DNA of 64,000 nt, taken from positions 44,090-108,089 of the forward strand of contig JAERST010000013.1 of NCBI GenBank assembly GCA_016845365.1, read 5' to 3'. Below are positions 27,016-37,142 of the stretch, piece by piece. Every line of letters starts with the position of its first letter. Position 1 is the first letter of the stretch. The translations under genes were made by a program, and so were the position numbers. The notes under the pieces were generated by a model. It searched no databases and was not told where the DNA came from. It worked only from the letters and a program-made list of their open reading frames with translations. Source of the stretch: Methanobacteriota archaeon. Lineage in GTDB: Archaea; Thermoplasmatota; Poseidoniia; Poseidoniales; Thalassarchaeaceae.

Positions 27016-27503
27016 CACTGGTCACCTCCCCATCTGCTGGAGTCCACTCCAAGGTGGGCGCTGATTTCACCGAGGCGCACGAACTTCTGTGGAAGAGCGC
27101 GCTCGAAAGTGCTCGAATCTCCCCATGCGTGACCTTCTGGTAAGTTCTCGCCAGCGAGGTTTGCTGGAGTTCCAATCATAACTCGCAGGTCGCGAACCGC
27201 GTTGCGTCCGCTGCTATTCTTCTGGTAAGGTAGCATACCGCGCACAGTGCGCTTGAGGATCTGGTCCGGCATGCGTGGGAAGAACGGACCCTTACGAGGG
27301 TGGTTCAACTTGTACTTGTGATCGTACTTGGCGAAGACCGCGGTCTTCGGGCCGGTTACAATCGCCTTCTCGGCATTTACGATGATGACGCGCTTCTGGC
27401 CTCCGGCCTTGCGCGCTGTTAGCAACTCGCTAGCCACATGGCTGGCGAGGCGCCCGAGAACCTTGTCCTGGGCATCGAAAACGAGGGTACTTGCATCAGC
27501 CAA
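27015..27503 (-). CDS. rpl13: 50S ribosomal protein L13 (uL13)
   Basis: [38 protein letters not shown]. Confidence 0.96.
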   Translation of the reverse strand: MADASTLVFDAQDKVLGRLASHVASELLTARKAGGQKRVIIVNAEKAIVTGPKTAVFAKYDHKYKLNHPRKGPFFPRMPDQILKRTVRGMLPYQKNSSGRNAVRDLRVMIGTPANLAGENLPEGHAWGDSSTFERALPQKFVRLGEISAHLGVDSSRWGGDQ

Positions 27504-27861
27504 GGATCCTCACCCCCTTGCCATTCGGGTTCTCGTCCATCAATTCGCGGATCGTGAGGACACGTCCGCCTGCTGCTTCAATCTTCGAGCGTGCGCCAGT
27601 GCTGACACTGTAAGCGGCGACGCTCGGCTTACCGGACACATCACCGCTGCCGAGAAGCTTGCCAGGAACGAGGACGATGTCCTCATCGGCAGCGTATCGG
27701 CTCAGGCGGCTCAGGTTCGGTTCAGCCCAGTTGCTGCGGCTCTTCTCGAGCCTAACAGCGACGTCTCGCCACAGTGCAGAACCGGTCGACCTGCTCTGGT
27801 CCTTCAAATCGCCGATTAGGGCGATAAGGGCCTGGTTGGTCTTTCTCATGTTCTTACTCAT
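27496..27861 (-). CDS. rpl18e: 50S ribosomal protein L18e
   Basis: [43 protein letters not shown]. Confidence 0.96.
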   Translation of the reverse strand: MSKNMRKTNQALIALIGDLKDQSRSTGSALWRDVAVRLEKSRSNWAEPNLSRLSRYAADEDIVLVPGKLLGSGDVSGKPSVAAYSVSTGARSKIEAAGGRVLTIRELMDENPNGKGVRILG

Positions 27862-27964
27862 AATGACTCCCTCGACGTATGCTTGGGTAGCGCGCCCACC
27901 TGACTGCCTGTTATGAATGCTACGGGTTGCCCCTACGGGGCATAGCGCCGCAGTGCATCGAGAA

Positions 27965-27999
27965 GAGGGAGAAGCGGGCCTGAACCCACTCCTTCCCTC
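27965..27999 (-). terminator. stem-loop just 3' of the giant surface-protein gene
   Basis: Minus-strand GAGGGAAGGAGTGGG-TTCAGG-CCCGCTTCTCCCTC forms a ~14-bp stem with G-U pairs and one bulge. Confidence 0.5.
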
Positions 28000-28011
28000 G
28001 ACTCTTCGTCA

Positions 28012-31000
28012 TCAGATTCGGAAGCCGCCGTCGGAGTCAGAACCATCGTCGATTCCGGCGATGCGCTCCTGTCCCTCGGAATCGACGAAGGAACCTGCCT
28101 TCACGATCGACCCGTAGAGGCCGGATTCTGTAGCCGCGGTGCGGCTCAGCATTCCCTCGCCCAATGAGGCGCTGATGTGGTTGATAATCGACTGCAGCGC
28201 GCCGATGGCTCGGTCGCGCTGGTCGGCTCCAATCTCGTGGTCAGAGTACCTCGCCTCCTCGAAGAGCGAGAAGAAGACGTCGAGGTCCTCTGGCGGCGCG
28301 ATGCCGCTGAGCATGCTGGTTACAGCATCCTCGAACTCTCGAGTAGTCTCGTAGACCTTCTTCATAGCGCCGCGGCTGCGGAAGAATCTCACCAATTCCT
28401 TGTAACAATTGAAGATGGTATCTATGTACTCATTCGAAGCCTTCAGCGACATCAGCGAATCGGTGAGGATTCCACGCAGAATCTCGATTCGTCGGCGCTC
28501 GATGTAATTGCGATACATGATCGCGCCAACCATCAAAGCGAAGGCGAGCGCAATTCCCATAATCGTCAGAACTTGCACTGTGAAGAAGCTGGTTTCGCCC
28601 TTTGCAATCGGTTCGCCTAAGAATATCGAAGGGGTGCTGTTGAGGTATTCCTCTTCAAACTCGTGAGAGCCCTTGAAGTGGATGATAACCTGCCATTCTC
28701 CTCCGGATACGCAATAACCGCCTTGACTGCATTCGAGTTCACCGGGGACATCTTCTCCTGAATATTCGAAGCTGAACGCAGCAACTCCCAATTCGTTCGT
28801 CGTGCCATAAACCACGTTGTGCGGTATCCACTCGCCCTCCTCGGCATTCCAATACTGGTAGGTGAAAATCACCGTTTGATGCTCGACCGCGAGGTCGAGA
28901 CGGTCGCGCAGAATCGCGACCGACCCGTTGATCCAATCTCCTTCTTGGTAGCCATCTGGGTTAGACCAGTGGTTCTTCAGAAGGATGTCGACTCGGCTCC
29001 TGACGAGGACTTCGACATCGATGAAGGAGCCGTTGACAACAGGAGTCGTTTCGGCTCTACAACCACCTGGTAATTCCTTAGTCGGCTCGTAAGCGATACG
29101 TATCACTCTGAATCCTTCCATCAAATCGCCGACCGGCTCAACACCGCGTCGACTCGGATTATCATCCGGATCGCCGCTAAACCACTCGATTTCGCCGGTT
29201 CCATCACGAGTGATGGAAGTGGCCATCGGGCGGGTGTTGACCTCAGGGTCGAGGTAGATATTCAGACACTTGCCGCCGATTGGGTTGCCATTTGTTTGAG
29301 TCAACTTAGCATCCAAGTGGAATGATTCCTTCAGGTAGAGAACCGGGAAGACCGATCCATTCTGGAAGGAGTAGGAATCCACGTCGTTGCGGAACGGTCC
29401 AACCTCTTGCAGGTGTAGGGTCGAGTTCGAGAAGACCGGGAATAATCGCGTTACGCTGGCGTTGTGGTAGCGATATCGGTCGTTATTCTCGTAGGAATTG
29501 AACTCGACCTTGACGCGAGCTTGCCCGGCTTGAACACCGCTCAGCGGGCAAGTAATCTCGAAGAATCCGTGGACGTTTGTTGCGCCCGGCAGACAACCGG
29601 TTACACCAGTCTCTGAGCCAACCATCTCGTAGGTCACGCGGACAGCGCGATTCGAGAGGTTGGAACCCAATTCGTCGACGAGTTGTCCTGTGACGACCAT
29701 CGGCTTCTCAATCGGTTGGCCCGTGTGAGGGTCAATTTCTGAGGTGTAGACAATTTGGTCGTCGACATTGAGATTCGTTCTGCCGATTAGGCTGAATCCA
29801 TCGACCTGGAATTGCATCACTCGGCGGTAGTGGTCGCTGTTGACGACTTGGGCGCATGGGTCCCATGCGCCCGAGGTGCTGAGCGAATCCGCGTCGAGCG
29901 GTTCGCAACCCTCGTGAGGTAGATTCTCCTCGAAGCGCAGAATGACGTTGACTGGTCCGAATCCATCCGGTAGGAAGGATTGCGGGTCATCGCGTAGTAG
30001 TTGCGGGTCGAGGACCATCTCGTGGTGGATGTTTCCTGCGTTCGGGCAAAGCGTCTCGACGATTTGCCTGTGCGTTCGGTCCTCGAAATCGGTTCCCTCC
30101 ATGATTAGGAGGACTTCTCCACCGTTTGCTCCACAGCCATCGAGAGCCTGTCCGGCATCCTTGACGATGGCTGTGCGATTATCATCGGTCACCTGAGCAG
30201 TGAATTCCCAAATATCGCCGTTTGACCGTATATTCGGAGTCGTATCCTGTAACGTAACGTACGTACGCGATACAACCCAGAGATCCATTTGTCCCGAAGT
30301 GCCCTGATGGCGTGGGTCGCCTGGATAATTGTAGGTCAAGGTGAAGTTACCCAATTCGTGATTCTTGTCGATTGTTAGATTGACCTTGAACCAGCCAGTT
30401 CCGTCGGTTTCTGCGATTCCGTTCGTTCCATCTGCGGACCAGACGTAATTGATGTGGGAATTCTTCAGAGGTTGTAGCGAATTGTCCAGCAATTGCACTT
30501 CGATGGAACGATTCTGGCCACGGTACAATCGAGGTTCGAGTAATTCCTTGAACTCGGTAGTTCCAATCACGGAGACGTTGAGATATGCTCCGGTTGGAGC
30601 GAGAACCGCGCTCTGATTACCTGTGAAGTAGAAATTCGAATTGGTGAAATCCGCGCGGATTCCGTAGTGGCCAGCAGCGTACTGCGAGTACCATGTCCAA
30701 TTGTAATCGAATGTTGCGACACCGTTGATCATCTGTGGGGCTCGCGCGTAACCAGTCTCCTGCGAGCCAGCAAAGATTCCATTGTGGTCGAGGTCGACTT
30801 GCAGCGTCATCGGGTCGTGAGGCCATGGGACCATCGTGCGATTCCAGACACTTCCGATAACTCGCAGAGTCTCGCCGGTGAACATTTCAGGAATAATTTC
30901 GCAACGAATGTCACTATCCGGGTCGGTCGGTGTGACCGGCCCGCACGGTGGGACATTGAAGTCGCCACCGTTCTGCATGGCGATTCTCCAGTGAGTGCCA

Positions 31001-34000
31001 TTCGAGGAGAGGAATGGTCGCAAGCGCGAACTCTCTCCTGTCAGACCTTCGGGAGTTCCATCCCATGACATTGCGTATGGCTTGCCTAAGCTCACGTCTG
31101 CATAATCGAGTCCTGCGGCATCGAGGCTCGGCTGGTGGAAGAGTGCTCTCCACGCACCGAAGGACGAGCCGGTGAATTGTGTTGAATCCCAGAAGAACAC
31201 CGGCCGAGTTGAGGCCGTGTACATATCCGCCTCAATGTACATTCTGTGCATCGAACGGATTGCGAAGGCTTCGGTCTCCGAGCCTTCGAGGTATGGGAAT
31301 GGCCATTCATCGCCAAGGTCAGGTCTAGCGAATCCTATGAAGGCATAATCGCCGATTGGTAAGCTGGTATTGGTGTAATCATAACGGCCGAGGACATAGT
31401 GATCCTTGGCGTTATCATCCCAGACGATTTCCTCGTAGCCACCAGGCAATTTGCCAGGGCCATTATCCATGGTAGAATTCCACTGTACCTGCTTCCATTG
31501 GCCCTGCGCGCCGGCGGTCTGGACGAAGGTCAATGAGACCCATCCGCCCGAATCGGCGCGGTAACCGTAGCCGTATCCATCGAAGACCGTCGGGTGAGTG
31601 TGGTTCCCGAAAGGACCGCCGTGGACGCGGAACGAGATTGGCGCGTGAGAGATTCGATTGTCGAAAATTCCACGGTCCCAATCCGCTGCGTAGTGAACCT
31701 TGTAATCAACGAAGAGAGGTTGTTCATCGCTTCGGAAGTAGGTCCAAGCGACGTAATCAATCGTTGTATTAGCGCGGATTTCAACCGGCATCGGTTCGGT
31801 TTGTGAACCGTCGTGGTAGAACATCTCGGTCACTTCTGCATACACATTGTATGTGGTATTCGGACCGACGATGAGATCCTCTGGGAAGAGGAATTGACCG
31901 ACGACGAACTCACCCGCAGCGTCGGTCAAGACATCGACGGTTTCGAGGGCGAGAGTGCCGTTTCGAGCCCATTCGATCGTCACTTGTACCGGAAGGTCAG
32001 GCGCTGGCTCGAAGATGCCTGTATCTGGGTCGAGCCAATTCACAGTTCCACTGAAGATTGCAGGGTTGACAGCATCGAGCCAGAGGACATTGGAGCTGGT
32101 TAGAGTAATTCTAGTCGGCACCTTGTCATCCTCGTCGAGGATGCCGTCATTATCGTGGTCCCAATCAGAGGTATTGGACCAATCCTCCTCGAAGTGGTCC
32201 CAATCTCTGTCTGGGCGTTCATCAGAATCGTCATCCTCGTCGATTGCATCAGGGCCAGTGAATGGATCTGAGGGGTCGGCAAGGCCAGAGCCATTGCCGA
32301 AATCATCGTGGTCCCATGGATTGGTAGACTCCACACCGAAGCGCGACGGCCAGAGCATGACCTCGTCTTTGTCGAGCATTCCATCCGCGTCGTCGTCGAG
32401 GTCAACATCATCGCGTAGGCCGTCGTTATCGTGGTCCCACGGCGAGATGAATGGCGTCGCTGTGTTCAATTCGAGGGTATTGACCAAACCGTCGGCATCC
32501 CAGTCATCATCAGCCCAATTGAGGATGCCGTCGTTATCATGATCCCAGACACTCTGCTCTTCTCCGACGAAACACAATGTCTCCTGAACAACGTCAGAAA
32601 CCCCGTTATTATCGTCGTCTGGGTCTTCTCCATCAGGCACTCCGTCGTTATCATTGTCGACATCGTAGAAGACTGGGAATAGGAGTGCCTGCCCTAACAC
32701 TCCCTTATCCCAAACCGCTTGGTACCAACCATCCTCATCGGGGTCGGTATCCCTACCATCGTCGTCATTGTCCTCACAATTCGTGCCGGTGAAGAAGCTT
32801 GGAGCGTGGGTATTAGCATCGTCGTCAAGGTCGTCATTGCTGTCGACTTCGAAGTAATCCCATATTCCGTCATTATCATCATCGACATCCCAATGATCGT
32901 ACACTCCGTCGAAATCATCATCCAAATCTGCTGTATCATTCACCATACATTGTGGATTCATATTCCCTGAAACAGGAGCTCCACAATCATCGTCGGGGTC
33001 GACATCATTATTCAACAAATCAGCGACTTCATCGGGGAATAGATTTGCATTGCTATCAGAAGTCCAACGGAAGAATCCAAAATTAATTCCTACCCAAGCT
33101 GTGTACAAATCCCGATTGTCTTTCATCTGGTTGTAATTTACAGCCGCACTCGGTCCAGCATCACCTTCTCCAAGGAAATCGAAATGCCAACACTGAGTTT
33201 CACAGGTCCACTGGCCCTGTGAATTGGTTCCATTGTAAGCTCCTTGGTCAAACTCAACATCGGGTCTGCTGGAATATGGAATAGTGAATGGCATCCCATT
33301 TGTGCGGCTGGCCGGAACAACCGGATAGCCGTAAAGCCAAGCGTAAACTAGCCCGCATCCTTGAACGGCTGCTTGCTGGGCGACTAGAAGCCACCAGAAG
33401 GTGTATCCACATTCGTTATTGTCGAATGAGCCTCCTTGGCCGGGATCATTGACATCGAGAATTCCATCGTTCCCTTCATCTTGGTCCCACCAATCTGGAA
33501 GTCCATCGCCATCCAAATCGATGTCGATTCCATTTTGTAGCGAATCTCCGTCGACATCGATGTCGAAGTAGTTAGGACCGTTCCAAGGGCTCCAATGCAT
33601 CAGAACGTACCAATACATCTCAGGAATCTGTCCATTGGTAAGAGGGACCGTTGAGTCATCGTAGCCGTTGTGAGGATAGATGAATCCATTGTCCTCTGTG
33701 AACGGATTGAAGTGCCACCACATATCCCAATGTGTGTCTTCAAATTGTTGCCAAAGTTGACTGTCATCAGAACCGTCGATTAGCTCGCCATCGCCGTGTG
33801 AGTAACCATAGTAGGTCGCGAATGGGTCGGTTGCGTCGTTGTCAACCTGCCCACAGTTTCCATCATCTGGGTCGTAGTAATCTGAGATTCCGTCGTTATC
33901 GTCATCCCAATCCTCGTCATTTTGCAATCCATCTCCATCGACGTCGGTATCGATGTCGTTCGGACCGTCATCTCGGTAACGAGAACCGTTCAGAAGGTGC

Positions 34001-35988
34001 AGATCGTTATCGTCATCCAAATCACAATTCGGGTCGATATCGAGCCAATCGAGAATACCATCGTTATCGTCATCTCGGTCTTCCCAATTGTTAATTCCGT
34101 CCCCATCCCAGTCGTTATTGCCGGTGTATGACTTGCGAGCTACTGTGCAATTCATGTCGGAATTCTGCGGGTTTGGATTGTTCACGGTAGCGCAATCCCA
34201 TTGCTGGACCTGTTCGTCGGTCGCAAGCATGTAAGGGTCGGCCTCATTGAGGATGCCGTCATTGTCCAAATCGTATGGCTCGTCGTCAGGGTCGGTGCGA
34301 GGAGCACCGTTTGGATTGTCGAGTTCGTCGCGCTCTAATGCACCCATATCGGGGTCCATCCAGTCCCAAACCAAATCGTAGTCCATATCGATAGACCGGA
34401 AACGATCATCGTCCAAATCGCGGTCGTAATCTATCTCACAATCGCGTCCCGGAATTTGTATTTCGAAAGCATTCGGATAATCGCCCTCGTCATCCATATT
34501 TGTATCGAGTTGCATGCACTCGTCAGGGATTCCGTCGTTATCGTCGTCTACATCGTACATGTCGAGCAGGCCGTCGTTATCGTCGTCTGTATCGGCAGAA
34601 TCCGGTGAACCATCGTTATCGTTGTCTGGGTCAAGGAAATTCGGGATTCCATCCCCATCGAGGTCTCCATCAACAATCTCGGTGAATGATTGATTCCTTG
34701 GGTGCCAAACATTCGCTTCCATTGAGACATAGTCGACACCGCCGATGAATTGGGAGTAGGTATTGTCGGCGTCGTCGGCAGCGGCTTGTACGGTGATTGT
34801 GCCAGTCATCGCTGGGTGAATTGTACAGGTGTAGCCGTAGGTGCCAGAATTCTCGAAAGTGAATGACCAGCTGGCACCGGGAGCGATGGTTCCGCTGTCG
34901 AAGGCGCCGATATCTGAAGTCACGGTGTGGTCCTGAGTGTCTTCATTGGTCCAGATGACCGTGTCGCCTTCGTTAATCGTCAAAGCACGGGTGCCGAAGG
35001 CGCCAGCGTTTATTGAAATCTCGTAGGTTTGAGCGGAAATCCATTCGTAATAATCGTCCCAAAGAGGGGCTGTCTCGGTGATGTTCGTAGTGACTGTGGC
35101 ATCCCATGGGTGGGAGTCGTATAGGTCGACTACGCCGTCGTTATCATCGTCGGCATCGAAGTAATCCATAGCTCCGTCACCATCGAAATCGCATGGCCAG
35201 GTGAATTGGTCGAGGCGAGCATCGTTATCATCGTCCTCGTCGTAAGAACCGCGGCCACTTCCATCGATATCTTCGTCGGTAACACCGTCGTTATCGTGGT
35301 CCATCGGATTCTGGTCTACTCTGTAACCAGTGCCGACCGGAGTACCGGTCCACGGGTGGACCGAGTTCGGCATTACGTAGCGATCGGCGCTGACATTCCA
35401 AGGGTCGGCACCTTGTGAGTAATCGATTGGACCCTCAAGGATTCCATCGTTGTCGTCGTCCCAATCGTCCTCGTCTGAGATTCCATCGTTATCGTGGTCG
35501 AATGGGTCGGTGCCATAGCAACCATCGAAGCGCTCGATGAGATCGCTGATTCCATCGTTATCATCATCGAGGTCGTCTAGATCATTGATTCCGTCGTTAT
35601 CGTGGTCTTCGGTATTGGTCTCTTCCAGATGGAATCCGTATCCTGGGTCGGTTAGGAGTACGGATGGGTCGGAGATCTTCCCAACATAGGAAGCGGGGTC
35701 GACCCAATTAGCATCGGAAAATGCGGGATGGTCGAAATCGGCCATCGCCGCTGGCTGGCCTTGTGTATCGCCAGCGGTCGGCCCGGCACCTTGTTGGAAT
35801 TGCTGGTAAGCAGTCCGGGCCGGCATCTCCTCGACCGTTTCAAGACTGGATTCAGTCTCTTCTACACCGATGAAATTGTACATCTGTGTGCTCAGTAGCA
35901 TCAGGGCGACCATCGCCAGTGCTGACACGCTCTTGCTTCTATTTTCTCGACTGTACCATGTCTGTGTTGCTTCGTTCATTCCGACCAC
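28012..35988 (-). CDS. giant membrane-anchored surface protein (~2655 aa): DxDxDG/TSP3-like Ca-binding repeats, cupredoxin domain, Ig-like stalk, TM helix, DUF4129-like tail
   Basis: Dozens of D-x-D-N-D-G repeats; HTVTSD...YTCTIHPAMTG type-1 Cu site; beta-rich repeats; TM IMGIALAFALMVGAIMY; tail FEEARYSDHEI. ATG 35979 is an alternative start. Confidence 0.9.
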   Translation of the reverse strand: MVGMNEATQTWYSRENRSKSVSALAMVALMLLSTQMYNFIGVEETESSLETVEEMPARTAYQQFQQGAGPTAGDTQGQPAAMADFDHPAFSDANWVDPASYVGKISDPSVLLTDPGYGFHLEETNTEDHDNDGINDLDDLDDDNDGISDLIERFDGCYGTDPFDHDNDGISDEDDWDDDNDGILEGPIDYSQGADPWNVSADRYVMPNSVHPWTGTPVGTGYRVDQNPMDHDNDGVTDEDIDGSGRGSYDEDDDNDARLDQFTWPCDFDGDGAMDYFDADDDNDGVVDLYDSHPWDATVTTNITETAPLWDDYYEWISAQTYEISINAGAFGTRALTINEGDTVIWTNEDTQDHTVTSDIGAFDSGTIAPGASWSFTFENSGTYGYTCTIHPAMTGTITVQAAADDADNTYSQFIGGVDYVSMEANVWHPRNQSFTEIVDGDLDGDGIPNFLDPDNDNDGSPDSADTDDDNDGLLDMYDVDDDNDGIPDECMQLDTNMDDEGDYPNAFEIQIPGRDCEIDYDRDLDDDRFRSIDMDYDLVWDWMDPDMGALERDELDNPNGAPRTDPDDEPYDLDNDGILNEADPYMLATDEQVQQWDCATVNNPNPQNSDMNCTVARKSYTGNNDWDGDGINNWEDRDDDNDGILDWLDIDPNCDLDDDNDLHLLNGSRYRDDGPNDIDTDVDGDGLQNDEDWDDDNDGISDYYDPDDGNCGQVDNDATDPFATYYGYSHGDGELIDGSDDSQLWQQFEDTHWDMWWHFNPFTEDNGFIYPHNGYDDSTVPLTNGQIPEMYWYVLMHWSPWNGPNYFDIDVDGDSLQNGIDIDLDGDGLPDWWDQDEGNDGILDVNDPGQGGSFDNNECGYTFWWLLVAQQAAVQGCGLVYAWLYGYPVVPASRTNGMPFTIPYSSRPDVEFDQGAYNGTNSQGQWTCETQCWHFDFLGEGDAGPSAAVNYNQMKDNRDLYTAWVGINFGFFRWTSDSNANLFPDEVADLLNNDVDPDDDCGAPVSGNMNPQCMVNDTADLDDDFDGVYDHWDVDDDNDGIWDYFEVDSNDDLDDDANTHAPSFFTGTNCEDNDDDGRDTDPDEDGWYQAVWDKGVLGQALLFPVFYDVDNDNDGVPDGEDPDDDNNGVSDVVQETLCFVGEEQSVWDHDNDGILNWADDDWDADGLVNTLELNTATPFISPWDHDNDGLRDDVDLDDDADGMLDKDEVMLWPSRFGVESTNPWDHDDFGNGSGLADPSDPFTGPDAIDEDDDSDERPDRDWDHFEEDWSNTSDWDHDNDGILDEDDKVPTRITLTSSNVLWLDAVNPAIFSGTVNWLDPDTGIFEPAPDLPVQVTIEWARNGTLALETVDVLTDAAGEFVVGQFLFPEDLIVGPNTTYNVYAEVTEMFYHDGSQTEPMPVEIRANTTIDYVAWTYFRSDEQPLFVDYKVHYAADWDRGIFDNRISHAPISFRVHGGPFGNHTHPTVFDGYGYGYRADSGGWVSLTFVQTAGAQGQWKQVQWNSTMDNGPGKLPGGYEEIVWDDNAKDHYVLGRYDYTNTSLPIGDYAFIGFARPDLGDEWPFPYLEGSETEAFAIRSMHRMYIEADMYTASTRPVFFWDSTQFTGSSFGAWRALFHQPSLDAAGLDYADVSLGKPYAMSWDGTPEGLTGESSRLRPFLSSNGTHWRIAMQNGGDFNVPPCGPVTPTDPDSDIRCEIIPEMFTGETLRVIGSVWNRTMVPWPHDPMTLQVDLDHNGIFAGSQETGYARAPQMINGVATFDYNWTWYSQYAAGHYGIRADFTNSNFYFTGNQSAVLAPTGAYLNVSVIGTTEFKELLEPRLYRGQNRSIEVQLLDNSLQPLKNSHINYVWSADGTNGIAETDGTGWFKVNLTIDKNHELGNFTLTYNYPGDPRHQGTSGQMDLWVVSRTYVTLQDTTPNIRSNGDIWEFTAQVTDDNRTAIVKDAGQALDGCGANGGEVLLIMEGTDFEDRTHRQIVETLCPNAGNIHHEMVLDPQLLRDDPQSFLPDGFGPVNVILRFEENLPHEGCEPLDADSLSTSGAWDPCAQVVNSDHYRRVMQFQVDGFSLIGRTNLNVDDQIVYTSEIDPHTGQPIEKPMVVTGQLVDELGSNLSNRAVRVTYEMVGSETGVTGCLPGATNVHGFFEITCPLSGVQAGQARVKVEFNSYENNDRYRYHNASVTRLFPVFSNSTLHLQEVGPFRNDVDSYSFQNGSVFPVLYLKESFHLDAKLTQTNGNPIGGKCLNIYLDPEVNTRPMATSITRDGTGEIEWFSGDPDDNPSRRGVEPVGDLMEGFRVIRIAYEPTKELPGGCRAETTPVVNGSFIDVEVLVRSRVDILLKNHWSNPDGYQEGDWINGSVAILRDRLDLAVEHQTVIFTYQYWNAEEGEWIPHNVVYGTTNELGVAAFSFEYSGEDVPGELECSQGGYCVSGGEWQVIIHFKGSHEFEEEYLNSTPSIFLGEPIAKGETSFFTVQVLTIMGIALAFALMVGAIMYRNYIERRRIEILRGILTDSLMSLKASNEYIDTIFNCYKELVRFFRSRGAMKKVYETTREFEDAVTSMLSGIAPPEDLDVFFSLFEEARYSDHEIGADQRDRAIGALQSIINHISASLGEGMLSRTAATESGLYGSIVKAGSFVDSEGQERIAGIDDGSDSDGGFRI

Positions 35989-36074
35989 CGAAGTGCCCGT
36001 GGACCTTCGCCCACCTTATCAACGGAACCCCTCGCATGCGCGCGAGCGTATCAGGCAGGCTTTCGGGTATCATG

Positions 36075-36152
36075 ATTCGAAGCCAAATGAGAATTGTTGC
36101 CAGGCTTTCGAATTCGAAGCAGAATGTGATGGTCTCTTGGCCTTCGAATTCG
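36075..36152. repeat. degenerate ~36-37-bp tandem duplication with TTCGAATTCG palindromes in the giant-gene/panD divergent region
   Basis: attcgaagccaaatgaga (36075) vs attcgaagcagaatgtga (36112); ggctttcgaattcg (36103) vs ggccttcgaattcg (36139). Confidence 0.55.
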
Positions 36153-36204
36153 CCCCCTCAAGCCGCCCTCGCATTCAAAAACGGCGGGCGGGTCGCCCGG
36201 TTCG

Positions 36205-36585
36205 ATGACTCCCCTTCGCTGGGTTCTACGCTCGAAAATTCACCGGGCTACGGTGACTCAAGCTGATTTGGATTATGTTGGGTCTGTATCGATTGATGAG
36301 GATCTTCTGGATGCTGCTGGAATCGTCGAGTGGGAGAAGGTCACCGTACTCGACGTGACCAATGGGGCGCGCTTGGAAACTTACGCGATCAAAGCGCCTC
36401 GCGGCTCGGGTGAAATCTGTATCAATGGAGCCGCGGCTCACCTCGTTCACCCGGGCGACTTGGTGATTCTGCTTACTTTCCAAGCAGTCGAGGAAGGTGA
36501 GATCGACGCTCACGAGCCTCGAATCGTTCACGTCGACGAGAAGAATCGAGTCGTCGAACTCGTGACCGCAGAATCCAATTTCTGA
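36205..36585 (+). CDS. panD: aspartate 1-decarboxylase (pyruvoyl-dependent)
   Basis: [21 protein letters not shown] (Gly-Ser cleavage site), [17 protein letters not shown]. Confidence 0.96.
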   Translation: MTPLRWVLRSKIHRATVTQADLDYVGSVSIDEDLLDAAGIVEWEKVTVLDVTNGARLETYAIKAPRGSGEICINGAAAHLVHPGDLVILLTFQAVEEGEIDAHEPRIVHVDEKNRVVELVTAESNF

Positions 36586-36626
36586 GGTCAAAAATCTCGG
36601 CAGTCAGCGCAAGCTGTTAACCAATT

Positions 36627-37061
36627 TCAGGCGCGATGATAAGGCAGCCCTTTGATAATCGTCGAAGCCCGATATAATTGCTCCAAAAGCACCACTGCGG
36701 CCAATTCATGTGGGAGCGTAATCAGCCCCAGCGAGAGCGAAGACATCCCATCTGAATGCTCGCCAAAACCTCCGGGCGGGCCGACGACGAGGTGAACGTC
36801 GTCGCCCGATAATCGCCAATTTTTCATCTTCTCAGCGTAGCCCATCGAGTCGAGATTCTCACCCCTCTCCTCCAAGACGATGACATTCTTCGCACCAGCC
36901 TTGGCGACGATCGACTCGAGGTAGGGACCAGGGTCGGTACGGTTGCGGTGTTCGGAGAGCGAGACCCCCTCGCCCGAGAGTCGGTTGGCATAATCCGATA
37001 TCGCCATTCGGAAGGCAGCATCCTTCGCCCGCCCATGCAGGTGAACAACAATGCGCCCCAT
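36627..37061 (-). CDS. rlmH: 23S rRNA m3-pseudouridine-1915 methyltransferase-like SPOUT protein
   Basis: LEERGENLDS, VVGPPGG, LSLG.ITLPHELA.VVLLEQLYRA.TI..G.PYH. Start set at ATG 37061. Confidence 0.88.
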   Translation of the reverse strand: MGRIVVHLHGRAKDAAFRMAISDYANRLSGEGVSLSEHRNRTDPGPYLESIVAKAGAKNVIVLEERGENLDSMGYAEKMKNWRLSGDDVHLVVGPPGGFGEHSDGMSSLSLGLITLPHELAAVVLLEQLYRASTIIKGLPYHRA

Positions 37062-37142
37062 GTTGACCCTCCTGTGCGCCACATGACTTGAGGGATTCGC
37101 AAGCATCAAGGGTGACGGCTTGCGCGATTCGGTTGAGAATCC

